DNA from: Prorocentrum cordatum
Taxonomy: Eukaryota
Length of the DNA: 64,000 bases
NCBI GenBank assembly: GCA_963575745.1
Contig: CAUYUJ010000114.1
Location: 620,001 to 684,000, forward strand
Reading direction: 5' to 3'
In this document: in pieces, positions 48,401 through 59,141 of the stretch
Layout of the letters: every line of letters starts with the position of its first letter
Numbering within the stretch: position 1 is the stretch's first letter
Position numbers and translations under genes: made by a program
Notes under the pieces: model-generated
What the model was told of the DNA's origin: nothing
Seen by the model: only the letters and a program-made list of their open reading frames with translations
Database searches by the model: none

Positions 48401-50527
48401 TAGAAGTGCTTGGATGGCGGGCTCCTGGTCCGCCCGCAGGACGACTTCTCCAACACCCCATGCCTCGAGGTGGAAGAGTACGAACTCCACTGCAACGTCG
48501 TCAACTCCCTTCTTCGGCACCTGTGTGGCTCCAACAGCACCTGGATGCCTCAGCACGATGACCAGTATCGTCGCCTTCTGCAGCTCGCCCTCCCGCGCTA
48601 GGAAGCAGTAGTCCAGCGCGAGCTTCGCGACGGTCGAGGCGGACTCCTGGCTCCTGTGCTGATCCTCGGTCGCTTGGCCCGTCAAGCAGTACCTGCACCA
48701 GGCACGGAATGGACAGTGAGTGACCTCGTGCTTCGCCCTCTCGTCTGCGCTCGGCCAGACCGCTACCTTCTTAGTGGTCGCGCTCCTGGCCTCCTCGCTG
48801 TCCTCGAGCTCCACCTTGGGCCGTCCACCAACATCCTTCGGCTCGTCGCTCTTCTCCGTCGTCGGGCACAGCTCGCCAGTCGAGCACCGACGAGCTCGGA
48901 TGACGAAGATGCCGTTCTTCCGCTTCAGCTCGATGGACTTGCCTTTGCCGATGTTGTCCTTCACGTGGCTCGCCAAGTCCTTCGCCTGCTCGGGCTTCAC
49001 GATGTAGCTGCCTCCGTCGTACAGCCACACACCGTAGCCCGCGTCAACTGCAGAACTCGCCGCCATGATCGGCTTGCGCACCCCTTTGGCCTCGAACTTC
49101 ACCGTCAATGGCTCGCCAGAGTTCTGGTCCGTCATGCTCACCTCCTTCTTCCCGTAGTGCTTGAGCTCGTTGCCGTCGGCCTGGTAGAGTACCGTCCCAC
49201 GGCACTCCTTGATGGCCACCTCAGGCGCCCACGAAGGTGGGCAGACGCTCCTTGCAGCACACGTGTCAAAGAGCAGGTCGAAGTCGGCGCCCTCGAGGGC
49301 GCAGCAGTAACCCGTCTCGATCTCGTTGGAGTTCTCGCCCTCCATCAGCGCGAACACGAAGCCATCCTGCTCGTCGTAGTAGTAGTCATCGTCGGACAGG
49401 GCCGTCACCGCCGCTGTGTCGCCATTCTCGCTCTCGAGGCGCTTGCCTGTGATCTTGTCGACTGGCTTGCCTGCGTAGCGTCCCGACTTGTCTGGCTTGA
49501 TGTCCTTGCTTGCTCGGTCCTTCGCTAAGATCCTGCACTCCTGCTTCGTGTGGTTCGGCTTGGCGCAGTAGAAACAGACCTTCTTGCTCTTACCCTTTCC
49601 GTCGTGGTTCTTTCCCTTGCCGCTCTTGTCCTTGCCTTTGCCCTTGCCGGCCTTGCCCCGTGTCATAGGGCACAGCTCTCCAGTCACAGGGTTCAGCTCC
49701 ATGGGTACTGGCTCCTCCTCCTGGCTGGCCGTCGCGCGAAGGTATGAGATCACCTCGGCCTTCGCGGCTTCGTACGTCTGCAAGCGGCCTACCTGGAGGT
49801 TGACGTGGGTCTTCAGGGGCCCATCCAAGAGCTTGTTGGTCAAAGTCGCCAGCTTGATTGAATCAGCCATCTGGTCACCAGACTGCTCCTCATAGGCCTT
49901 CAGCTGGCGCTCCCAGGTGTAGATACTCTCCAACATGTCGGGGCCTCGCACGGGGTCGAGCAGCCTCTGTAGCATGCCCTGGAAGCGGCTCGGCAGCCTG
50001 GGCTCGAACTCGCGGCACAGCTGCCTCCAAGCCTCGACCCCCCAGCCCTCTGGGACTCGTTGCACCACAGATAGTGCTCGCCCACGACACGTGAGTGCCA
50101 GCACGTAGTAGATCTGCGACGAGAGCTTCTTGTCGTTCACATCCATCATCACGTTGCTGATCTGCTGCTCGTCGTCGACCTTGTTGGCTGCATACTCCAG
50201 CGCGTCCCTGCACGTCGGGTCGAACGCGCCAGCGTATGCCCTGAATGTGAATGACCACTGCGGCCACGCTAGACCTCCTTCTGGCTTGCCGTCCGCCGTC
50301 AGGTCACCCGAGAACAGCGGCGGCTTGCCCAGCGCCCTCGTGTCCACGAGGGAGCTCTGGCCGCGGCTGGGCTGCTGAGGAGCGGCTGCGGCTCCTGCTG
50401 CAGCGGGGCCCGCGGTGCTCATCTGGTCGATGACCCTCCTGGCCTCAGTGAGCTCGGCCGTCCTGTCTGCAATCTGCTGCTCCGCCGCCGTCAGCCTGGC
50501 CTCCATCGCCCTGAGAGCCTCCTCCAT
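45437..50527 (-). CDS. Copia Gag-PR-IN-RT-RNase H polyprotein (1696 aa) with hydrophobic C-terminal extension
   Basis: Zn knuckle CFYCAKPNHTKQEC; protease LFDTCA; integrase HEVTH...CRYC, LDY, RADQE, NGMIE; RT RSRIVAR, KALYG, HGDD; RNase H YSDGDW, AESEFYA, RTDS, NPSD. IN precedes RT, the copia order. Confidence 0.96.
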   Translation of the reverse strand: MEEALRAMEARLTAAEQQIADRTAELTEARRVIDQMSTAGPAAAGAAAAPQQPSRGQSSLVDTRALGKPPLFSGDLTADGKPEGGLAWPQWSFTFRAYAGAFDPTCRDALEYAANKVDDEQQISNVMMDVNDKKLSSQIYYVLALTCRGRALSVVQRVPEGWGVEAWRQLCREFEPRLPSRFQGMLQRLLDPVRGPDMLESIYTWERQLKAYEEQSGDQMADSIKLATLTNKLLDGPLKTHVNLQVGRLQTYEAAKAEVISYLRATASQEEEPVPMELNPVTGELCPMTRGKAGKGKGKDKSGKGKNHDGKGKSKKVCFYCAKPNHTKQECRILAKDRASKDIKPDKSGRYAGKPVDKITGKRLESENGDTAAVTALSDDDYYYDEQDGFVFALMEGENSNEIETGYCCALEGADFDLLFDTCAARSVCPPSWAPEVAIKECRGTVLYQADGNELKHYGKKEVSMTDQNSGEPLTVKFEAKGVRKPIMAASSAVDAGYGVWLYDGGSYIVKPEQAKDLASHVKDNIGKGKSIELKRKNGIFVIRARRCSTGELCPTTEKSDEPKDVGGRPKVELEDSEEARSATTKKVAVWPSADERAKHEVTHCPFRAWCRYCLTGQATEDQHRSQESASTVAKLALDYCFLAREGELQKATILVIVLRHPGAVGATQVPKKGVDDVAVEFVLFHLEAWGVGEVVLRADQEPAIQALLGELRRRRVEHHRTTVEKSTKHDSKANGMIEAVVRRVESLTRTYVAVIEEKFKTKVTSQSVILPWLVRHAAYVLTRFATKSDGRSAWATIKGKEFASPLACVGETVDFKLIRKDQSKLDPRWATGVFLGRRDESDEVIVGTARGIEFSRTFKRRDDSERWVQEEFRTFIGVPWNPRAPTTETPVVSTRRRYITRALIQEHGESPDCPACLGLSSVHTVACRARFEEIFKAQAEQAIQLQPAVSAAGAEAARPVPQQAAPAPQQEISPPPGLQLPAAAAPKRERDAEAAEPASKRPVIEVVPAAPMDTDPVSEPMTLGALCEEEVPPPTFDGELFAGSFHDQFTGEVLPKELVLQGVKRELDEMDEFEVMVWKKRSEKPAGERVISTKLFHTRKGPDCVRSRIVARDFAGGVFAPEHYAGTPPTWALKLVISRLASRGSSRQLAAHDISVAFFHAELKEPVWAEPPKELNCPDWLWLVSKALYGMRESSADFQQLVRDTYREHGWNILSTVPCLAYHSEWDCLSGFHGDDFYTEGEPHELDKVDAMITGSFKAKILPRVGPAAEEQGLVLRRLLLWSAKGFMLLPDPKHFENLSTLLDLKNVKPSPTPASRATGKNARDALEELKRAEKAIYCRGTGICMYIGPDRFDIQFATKQLASDMAHPTRLSMMRLRRLARYLAGTHDVGIEFLYQEKWTDVVVYSDGDWSGDVQTCKSTSAGTIQVGDPGAGHLIESWSITQGAVALSSAESEFYAIGSAAARGITVKQVMLEIAELGAGVPADVRLIIRTDSDAARGMIHRVGCGRVRHLQTRYLWHQQALREKQFEVERVDGKKNPSDAGTKPLEQEALQTCMRNLGIVSRKVAGFGTDEASQVLATLLLFAAAQTADGTVVEPTCSAGGSESQGGGMQFTAFMMVIPTLIGIVTGVLIERHVLKERREERREVTVCLRDTGVQVEPAPKRCEDKGSQGPCTYARHRSQPRFVPLPEVSWG

Positions 50528-50557
50528 GGCCGATGCGGGCAGACTCTGCGGTCAGGG

Positions 50558-50577
50558 AACCACGCTCCGCACTACCA
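50558..50577 (-). promoter_or_regulatory. Primer-binding site, probably for initiator tRNA-Met
   Basis: TGGTAGTGCGGAGCGTGGTT directly after the 5' LTR; its complement resembles eukaryotic iMet 3' ends (AACC...GCTACCA) with 2 extra nt. Confidence 0.7.
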
Positions 50578-50667
50578 TGCTGATATGGATGGATGGCATG
50601 TTCTTAAGCCCCAAGTGGCTACAGTACTTCAACTCACAATCGCGTGCATGTTGCATGGATGTCCGCA
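50578..50667 (-). repeat. 5' LTR (90 bp)
   Basis: Identical by eye to 45076-45165. Confidence 0.95.
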
Positions 50668-51786
50668 CCCTTTCCATTTTTTCGTGCACTTGACCTTTGG
50701 TTTCTGCTTCAGCATTGGATGCGCCGTGAAGCGCCTTCGGGCCAGCTCGCCCGAGTCAGTCTTCCGCTCGCATGGATGCACACACCCCGGCCCTTTCTTG
50801 TCAGGAGCGTTCGCTCAGCGTGTCGCGTCGCTGATTCTGCCCCACCACGCTGCGATGCGACACGCTTTCCACTTCCCAGTTCCCAGGCGTCAACGTCTCG
50901 AGCTCTTGCCAGCTTCCCGCTCCGCGGAGCGGAGCGACACGCTGTCAGCTCGCAGGGCAATGCGTGCCGCCAAGGCCGCCGCCACGACACGCTAAGCAAA
51001 AGTTTCCGACCGTAACATACCGATGTCGCTCTCCCCCCCCGTCCCCCATCCCCGCTTTAGCCGTTGTGGGCCGCCCCTCGTCGCCATGGCTGGGATCGCC
51101 TCGGAACCCTGGCCAAAAGCACCCCCGGTGAGGCCCAGGGAACATTGGCCTCGATCAGAGTGAGAGGGCCCGAGCGGTCTTACAGTATCGCTGCGCACGC
51201 TCGACCAGACTGGGCCGCGCTTGGGTAGCGGAATGCCTCAAGAAACGCATTCTTGTGGCTCAACTTCCCACTTCCCTTCCTGTCCCTCGGGGCCCACCTC
51301 ACTCTTCTCCGCAGTTGCGGGGTTCTTTCAATTCGTTGTGCCCCCCATGCCCTAGCCACGGCTGGGCAAGCTGTAGAGTCTTGGTACGGTACAGAAAAAA
51401 CACCCTGGGAGGTCCGGGGAACATCGTCGGTGCTTCAAATGGGGCCCTTAGGGATATTGCCCTGATGACAAGGGATCTCAAATATATGTGTATATATACG
51501 CAGCCTGGGATCCCTTCCTGCCCTCAAAGCCCCATCTCTCAGGGCCCCCATCTTTGAGCCACCGACATCGGCATCTAATTATACAGTCGAGGCGTTGACC
51601 TAAGCAACCCTAAATAAGGAACGAGGCCTCTTTTTTCATAATTAAGTTAACCTTCGACTTCCCATCGAAAGCTTAAGAACAACCTTGGGCAAGGTGTGGA
51701 ACAATTAAGGAACGCCGAGCCCCTCCCCAACGAAAAGGGTTCCTTCTTCAGCGCCCCGACTGTATGTGATGCGCCCCCATGCCCAG

Positions 51787-51859
51787 GAGCTCGAGCTAGT
51801 CGACACCCTGGATCCCTTCAGCGAGGGCATCAACTTCAGCGTGCGGCCCCCGAAGAAGA
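51787..51859 (+). CDS. SMC4: SMC4 exon (ELELVDTLDPFSEGINFSVRPPKK)
   Basis: SMC4 signature segment; CAG|G acceptor and GC donor; split Ser codon A|GC shared with the next exon. Confidence 0.93.
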
Positions 51860-51993
51860 GCCCGGGGCCCGGGCCGCACCGGATAGCCCGCGCCCCCGCA
51901 GGGGACCGAGCTTGGCCCCGCTCGGGTCCCAGGGAGAGGCCGCCGTCGCATCGGAGGACCAGAGGTTGGCACGCGGAAGAATCGACTAGACGT

Positions 51994-52154
51994 AAGAGTG
52001 ACCTTTCGCCGGAGTGACCTTTGGTGCGGGCACAGGTGGGCCTTCAGATGGCTGGAAACGAAGCGGCAGCAGCGGCTGGCGCGCCCAGGTTTGGTCTCCC
52101 CGCGGTCCCCAAAAAACCGCGCACCAAAGGTCACTCTTACCCAGGGTCACCCTT
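51994..52154. mobile_element. MITE with doubled gagtgacctt subterminal repeats
   Basis: aagagtgacctt..ggagtgacctttggtgc is mirrored by gcaccaaaggtcactc..agggtcaccctt. Confidence 0.65.
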
Positions 52155-53558
52155 GCGTGTAGCCGAAAGAACACGGGTCGGCGACTACAATCGGTGCGGT
52201 TACGCTGGGGTGCGGTCTGCGAGTTGCTTGGTGGCGGCCTTTCCCGGGCCGTCTCTGTGAGAGACGATGGCATTCTTGTCGCCGTTTCGAGCGACACTGT
52301 GTCATCCTCGACGTGTGCTCCACTGTACTAGAAGGAGCGACAGTGCCATGTGATTCGGTCGCATTGGGTGACAGTGTCAGCCGTTTCCCGGGGGCGGGAG
52401 GGGCAGAGAAGACGGGAGGCAAACCGCCCGCACCCTTCGCAAGCCGCACCCATATTGTAGTCGCCGAGCGGGGTCGACTGCGCGGCCGTGCGCACGTGAG
52501 GGCTGCCCGCGTAGGGCGGCGCGTGGGCGCAGTCGTGCGTCCTCCTCCTCCTCCTCCTCCTCCTCCTCCTCCTCCTCCCCCTCCTCCTCCTCCTCCTCCT
52601 CCTCCTCCTCCTCCTCCTCCTCCTCTCCTCCTCCTCCTCCTCCTCCTCCTCCTCCTTCTCCTCCTCCTCCTCCTCCTCCTCCTCCTCCTCCTCCTCCTCG
52701 CAAGCTGGCGCGTAAGGTCGCTACGTACGTCGTGTCGCGCGAGACCCGTTTCTTCTCGTCGCTCGCGTGTGGCTGACAGCGGGATTCGTTGGCGGGCGGG
52801 CCTGGGGTGATGGGGTTCGCTTTCCACCACCACCACCACCGCCACCGTAAGTTGGAAGGGGGGAGGAGGTGGAGGATGATGAGGGGGGGAGGTGGAGGAT
52901 GATGATGGTGATGAGGACGAGGAGGAGGAGCAGGAGGAGGAGGGCCCCGCCCCCTCCTACTTGTGGCGGCGGCGGCGGAAAGCAACCGTGGGGTCCCTCG
53001 CGCGATGGGTCGGGGGGGCGAGGCTCGAGCCAGTCCTGTGGGCCTCGAGCCGCGGCGACGCCCGCGGCCTGTCGCTGCGGCCTCTCGTGGCGGGTGGTGG
53101 GCCCCGGCCCTAGAGCCCAGTGACCCCGACGTGGCCTCTCGGGGCTCGCTTCGATTCCTCCGATTCGATGCGATTCGACTCGACTTCGCTGGCCTCCGAC
53201 TCCTGCGCTCGGTTCGGCTTCGGATCCCGATGTGGATTCCGACTTCTTCGTGGAGGCCCACAGCCGACCCGCATTAGCAGGTCGACCCTGCCGGCTCAAG
53301 GGTGTACCCTCGTGTCCTGTGCCTCGCGACACGTGCCTCCCTGCACTCCTGTGGCGATGTGGCCCTCGGAAGGGTCATGTGTTTTCTCGCGTGTCCTGTC
53401 CAATCAAGGCCGACTGTGTTCGATTCGGCTTCGGATCCCGATTTGGCTTCCGCTTTCTTCATGGAGGCCTCCACTGCCCCTGACGGCTGCCAATTCCCTG
53501 CCGCTTCCTCGGTGAAGCCTGCCGGCTCCACTCGATGTCTTCATCGGTGTAGCCTTAA

Positions 53559-53744
53559 GGCGGGCCTGTCCCCCTACAGGGGGATTTTCGACGAAAAACA
53601 AAAAATACCCCAACAATAATCAAAAAATAGTCCCAAAATAGTCGGGGGACTATTTTTTGAGTATCTTTTGACCTTCTTGGGGTATTTAAAGGGTATTTTT
53701 TGTTTTTCGTCGAACATCTCCCTGCGTAGGGGGGCACGCCCGAC
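53559..53744. mobile_element. MITE family B, copy 2
   Basis: TTAA on the left, ATAA on the right; TIRs as in copy 1. Confidence 0.8.
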
Positions 53745-53906
53745 ATAAGTGTATCCTGTCGGCCTCCACCGATTCGACTGCCCCCCGACGCGGCTGCCGC
53801 TTCCCTGCCGCTGCCCGGCCCGAAGGGCGGGGGAGGGCCAGAGGCCCGGAGATGTCGGCCTCCGCCAGCAGCAGCATCGGCGCCTGCCTCCACCGAGGGA
53901 AGGCTC

Positions 53907-54104
53907 TCGGGCCGGACGAAAGGGGGGGATTGGGAAGGGGGGGGGGGTACAAAATTTGCTGCCTGCAGCTGGTCTCGGCCTCACCGATGGGGCCCATTCC
54001 TCGATACATGGGCGCCTCCCGGCGCCGGAATGCGCCGGGAGAATCAGCTACGTGAGCTGATTCTCCCCCCCCCCCTTGCTATCCCCCCCTTCCGCCCGAC
54101 CCGA
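53907..54104. mobile_element. MITE family C, copy 3 (TSD GGCTC/GACTC)
   Basis: TIRs with a 4/5 flank match. Confidence 0.82.
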
Positions 54105-54344
54105 GACTCAGATGAGGACAAGGTGCCCCTACCTCTACCCTTCGGCCGTTTTCACCTGTTTGGGCCTCCTCGGGGGATCTCGCCGCAACCGCTGGGTTCG
54201 CCTCGAAATTCTGGTGAGAACGCACCCCAGGAGAGGTCCGGGGAGTGGCGGCATCGGTGCTCTGTGGTTTCTCCAGGGGCGGCTGGTGGCGGTGGCAACG
54301 CTCGGGCTTCTGAGGTGGCCGGGGGATTGCCGCCAGCACTGGAA

Positions 54345-54591
54345 TGATGGGCCTGTTTTCCACCACCGCCACCACCACCACCACCACCACCACCACCACC
54401 ACCACCACCACCACCACCACCTTATGTTGGAGGGGAGTAGGAGGAGGAGGAGGAGGAGGAGGAGGAGGAGGACGAGGAGGAAGAGGACGAAGAGGAGGAG
54501 GAGGAGGAGGAGGAGGAGGAGGAGGAGGAGGAGGAGGACCCTCTCCCCCTCCAACTGATGGTGGTGGTGGTGGTGGGAAACAGGCCCATCG
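54345..54591. mobile_element. MITE family F, copy 2
   Basis: gatgggcctgttttccacc / ggtgggaaacaggcccatc; expanded (CCA)n and (GAG)n. Confidence 0.8.
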
Positions 54592-55025
54592 TGAGACCCA
54601 GGATCAGCTCCCCCCGGTGGAGGCAACTCCCTATGTTGGTGTCGGTGTGCCAATTTCCAGGCCCCATATCGAAAGTAGTTGTCAGAGTCAAACGGTCTGG
54701 ACAGAATTGGCTCTCTGCTGTCAGCGTGCTGCTAACAGGGGCTGGCATGGCTGGGCGACGACGAGGGGGATCTATCGCCTCTCACTCACTCGTCTTCCGA
54801 AGCTGTTCTTCTCTCCTACGCCCGTCTACTCAAGATTCTTGGCGAGGCTAGGACCTGGATAAATCATTCCAGAGCGTTCTGGAGCGCTCTCGGAGTGTTC
54901 CTCAGCGCTCTGGAACGCCCACGGGTCCGTACGTCCTCCAGAAGCGCGGAATCTCAAAGGGCCCCGCTTGGTCCCAGGTCGATGTTGTCGAGGTCCTGAC
55001 CTCGTTTTTTAAGAGTGATTCCTCC

Positions 55026-55057
<32 letters not shown>

Positions 55058-55076
55058 CTCTTCCTCCCCCTTCTCC

Positions 55077-55109
<33 letters not shown>

Positions 55110-55199
55110 GTTTCCTCCTCCTCCTCCTCCACCTCCTCCTCCTCGTCCTCCCCCTCCTCCCCCTCCCCTTCCCCCTCCCCCACCGCATGTCCATGTCGG

Positions 55200-55932
55200 A
55201 CAACCCTTACAGTGGCAGGGTCCACATGCGGCCCCCCGCTCACCGCGCGTCTCTTTCGCCGCACCCTTTCATGTTTCGTAGTCCCACAGGGGCTCCAACG
55301 AGAGCCCCAGTGGCGTGGTTCACGCGCGGCCCCCCGCCCACCGCGCGTTGATCTCCGCGCGTGCCGCACTCGTTTCGTGGCCCCACAGGGAGGTCCACCG
55401 AAGGCCCCAGTGGCGGGGTCTACATGGGGGCCCCGCCCACCGCATGTTGATTTCGGCACATACCTCACGCGTTTCATGGCCCCACAGGGAGGTCCACCGA
55501 AGGCCCCAGTGGCGGGGCCCACGCGCGGCGCCCCGCCCACCGCATGTTCATGCCGACGCACCCTCACGCGAGTCGTGGCCCCATAGGGAGCTCCACCGAA
55601 AGCGCCAGTTGCGGGGTCCACGCGCGTTCGGCCCCCCGCCCTCCGCATGTCCATTTCGGCGCATACCTGACGTGCTTCGCGACCCCACAGGGAGGTCTTC
55701 CGAAGGCCCCAGGAGCAGGGTCCCCGCGCGGCCCCCCGCCCGCCGCATGTCGATTTCGGCGTGCCCCTGTCGCGTTTCGTGGCCCTCGGTGGAGTCCACC
55801 AACTGCCCCAGTCGCAGGGTCCTCGTGCGGCCCCCCGCCCACCGCGCGTCCATGTCGGCGCGCCCCTCACGCGCTCCGTGGCCCCATGGGGAGCTCGACC
55901 GAAGGCGCGCCCTCCACGCGTTTCGTGGCCCT
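55200..55932 (+). repeat. Satellite array 6 (diverged, slightly longer unit)
   Basis: Core tttcgtggccccacagggaggtccaccgaaggccccagtggc; preceded by cctcgttttttaagag and (CCT)n. Confidence 0.85.
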
Positions 55933-56412
55933 CGCGGGCTCGCGGGGATTCCCCTGCGCTGCGCCTCCAGGAACTGCCCGGCGCCCGTGCGCTCTGCCCG
56001 CCGCTGTGCCCGCTGTCAGCCGCTCGCATTTGCTGGCTCCGTGCCGCGGACAGCCCGCGCGTTTCGCCGAGGCTCCTTCGGGGCGACCAGCGCGCGTCGC
56101 GGGGGCTCCGCAACGCGAGGTGTCCAGAGCCACGGTCGGCGGGGCGCAAGGACAAAGAGGCGAGAAATACGAGAGAAGGAACTGGATGCAAAACGGCGGG
56201 GCCCGGGGCTCGGGCCCGCGCGGGCCGCGCGGGCAGGGGCGCGACTCCGCGCGCTGGAACCCAGGAGAGGGGTGAGAGAGCGGGGAAGGAAGCGGGCGCG
56301 ACGCGGCATTTCGAACGGGGCTCGCGCCGAACAGCGCAGCCCCCCGCGAGCCCAGCGGTTTTCCCCCCATTCAACGCCTCAGTCCGTTTGACGGCCCACT
56401 CCCCCGTCTGAA

Positions 56413-57950
56413 ATGCCCCGCGATACTCACAGCGGCTTGCGGTCGGCTTTTTCGCTGAGGCATTATGTCCCAGGCGCTTGGTCTTATTCGCGCGGTTTTT
56501 TATCTGGGTTTGGGCTGGGCCCCGAGGTTGTTTTCAAAGCGGGGTCCAGCGCTGTGCCGCGCTTTGGGGTGGCGGCTCGGAGGCGTCGGAGTCTTTGGTT
56601 TGGGCTGCCGACCGCGATCAAGCTCTTTCGCTCTCGCTGCGTGTCTCTGCTGGCGTTCCAGTTGCCGCTCTGTCCAGTGTCTCTTGAGCTTCGAGAAGCG
56701 CACGACGAGGCTTTGCAGATCGTCGCGGTGGGGCCCCAGCGCGCCTTCTCCGAGGAAGTGCTCGCTAGTCTGAGGGCTCTGGGCGCGTCTATTGAGGTTT
56801 TGGGTCTGGATGTTTTCTCGAAGGCGATTCTGCCTAGAGCCACTGTGCATCGTTCTTCTTTAGATGCGGTTCAGCATGAGATTGACCACCTCGCGGGCGA
56901 CCTGCTGGACGACGAGTTCCGGCCCGCCCGACTGTTGCACCCGTGGTGGCGGAAATTGTGAATCGGGATTGCCGCTGCTGAAGTGGGGGCGTTTGTCGTT
57001 CCTGATGGGCTTGTTTTCCACCGCCGCCACCATAAGCTGGAGGGGGAGGGGGTCCTCCTCCTCCTCCTCCTCCTCCTCCTCCTCCTCCTCCTCCTCCTCC
57101 TCCTCCTCCTCTTCCCCCTCCTCCTTCTCTTCCTCCTCCTCCCTCCTCCTCCTCCTCCTCCTCCTCCTCCTCCTCCTCCTCCTCCTCCTCCTCCCCCTCC
57201 AACTTATGGTGGTGGTGGTGGAAAACAGGTCCATCAGTTCCCACCTTGTTCCCGATCCCGCGGGTAAAGCTTCGCATGAAAGCTCTCATGCCTCTGACAG
57301 CCTGGCGGGGCCTTCTCGTCCCCCTCCGCACCATGTGAAGAGCGGGAGCGCGGGTTGGGATGCGTCGGCTTCGCTTGGCAGACTTTCAGGCGCGCCCCAG
57401 GGGGATGCGATTGGTCGAGAAAGACCGTGCTACCCATCTGATCATTTGCGTGCTTCCTGTCCTTTGCCGCTGGGTATGCGCCTCGAGTCGCATGCGCGCC
57501 ACCATCCAGAGTTGCGCCTTTGGTTGTCCTGGGGACGAGGCGAGCGATGAACTTGGTCACTACCGACCGTGCATGCCCCAGACTTGCGGAGATCATGCGT
57601 GGACTGGTTTCCAAGGGCTCGACCTGCCCCTGCTTGGATTGAGTGGCTGCAAGCAGATGATTGGCTTGTGTGTCTCTGCTGTCTGGGGCCGCAATGTTGG
57701 AAGCCTACTGTGTTTGAATCGAGTGTATCCTGTCTGCTCATAAATCGAAACGGACTGAATCCGCCCAGGGTGGCAAGGATCTCAGAGTTGTGAGGCTTGG
57801 GCAGCTGGCTAGGTGCCACCCGAAGTTGCAGGAAGCCTTCAATGCTCTTATGCCTGCCAGGCTTGCTCCCGTGGCCCGTCCCCCGACGGTTTTCCGGTGG
57901 CTCCCATTTTCTTGCCCCGCGTTGTTTTGTCCCCTCCCCGTTCGCATTGA
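56413..57950 (+). pseudogene. Possible decayed LINE 3' portion (post-RT region and zf-RVT-like motif)
   Basis: CAFGCPGDEASDELGHYRPC (~57510-57570) resembles the CxxGC...D..HY..C motif at LINE C-termini; broken frames. Confidence 0.4.
57003..57236. mobile_element. MITE family F, copy 3, 5-bp TSD GTTCC
   Basis: TGATGG...CCATCA ends; GTTCC at 56998-57002 and 57237-57241. Confidence 0.87.
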
Positions 57951-58786
57951 CGCACCATTCGTTGTTTCAATGCTTGCAGCTTGAAGTTGAATGGGCTCAT
58001 TCTCCGTTTCTGTAGTTGCTCATCGTTTTTCTGTTGGCCTGCGTTGTTTTGGATTGTGTCTTCTGTCCGTCTGCTTTGCTGTGCCTCTGGCGGTTCCCTT
58101 GGTCCTGCTGCTGCTTCTCATCCCTGTGCTTCTGTTGCCCCTTCTTCTCCTCTCTGTATTCTCTGCGCGCCCTGCTTGTTCTTGCTCTGCTTCGCCTGTC
58201 TCTCGTGCTGTCGTTGTGGGGCCATCGTAAGCGTCTGGGGCCAATCGTTCTGCGATTCCGGACCGTCTTGGAACGTCTTTGAGGCCACGGAGGGCAGACT
58301 TGAAAGCTCTGAAGTCTCTGGGGTGCGCCGGCGGGCCTGGATACCCCCCTCCCCTCAAACAAGATCTTGGACCCCTCAGGAGGGGGAACGGGGGAGAGGG
58401 ACTGGGACAACCAAGCATCTCACACGCCTTCTCACCCCCGGCAAGTGGGGGTCAGCGGAGTCTTCTACTTCTCAGAGCGTAAATTACCTACCCCGCTTTC
58501 GCTTCCAGGCAAAACCAAGTCATACCACGCGCCTCCTCGTCAAGCGGCCTCACCAGTACAGGCCGTAGTTTGGCATCGCTTGGTATCCCTTGGAAGCGAG
58601 GGTGGTCAAAAAGCGAGGTAGGTTTGTTTTCCTCCTAACTTCCCTCCTTGCAAGTGGCCTCTTGGACCGATGTCCCGGTGCGGTGTTCCGCCGTGCACCC
58701 CGTGCGGAACGCAACCACCCAGTTCCCCGCCGAAGACCACCGAGACCGCCGGAGGACCGACGGAGACCGCGCACGGCCGATGGGTA

Positions 58787-58971
58787 CTCCAGCTTTCGTA
58801 AGAAAGGGAGGGGGGTCTCATTTCCGGGGGGGGGGGGTATTTTCCAAGCTATCTTGGAGGGCCTGGGGGGGTCTCTGGGGACGATGTTTTGGAGGGTTCT
58901 CCCAGGGGGGGGTCTAAAACTTCTCGTCTGGGAGGGTTGAGACCCCCTCCCTTTTATTACGAAATCTGGAG
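58787..58971. mobile_element. MITE family A, copy 2 (TA TSD)
   Basis: Similar to 222-399. Confidence 0.85.
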
Positions 58972-58973
58972 TA

Positions 58974-59141
58974 CACATTGTTCATTTCTGACTCTTCGAG
59001 AGTTCTTTGATTCTTTTGGGGGGCCAGGATCCCTTCTTTTTTACTTGTTCTGTCCTGGGCCTCTTCCTGGCCACCAGGGGGCCAGGAACAATTAGAGACG
59101 AGCACAGTCAGAAATGAGCACGACTAGAAATGGGCGACGTG
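58974..59141. mobile_element. MITE family H (CAC...GTG, TA TSD); copies at 59757-59926 and partial ~62690-62820
   Basis: tacacattgttcatttct / agaaatgggcgacgtgta termini; shared internal cctcttcctggccaccagggggccaggaaca. Confidence 0.8.

Larger units (their letters stand above)
45076..50667 (-). mobile_element. Intact Ty1/copia LTR retrotransposon (5592 bp), TSD CCCTT
   Basis: Identical 90-bp TG...CA LTRs; CCCTT at 45071-45075 and 50668-50672; PBS, PPT and a single uninterrupted polyprotein. Confidence 0.97.

Noticed and set aside
45519..50433. Plus-strand ORFs overlapping the copia polyprotein
   Set aside because: Antisense shadows of a GC3-rich coding sequence.
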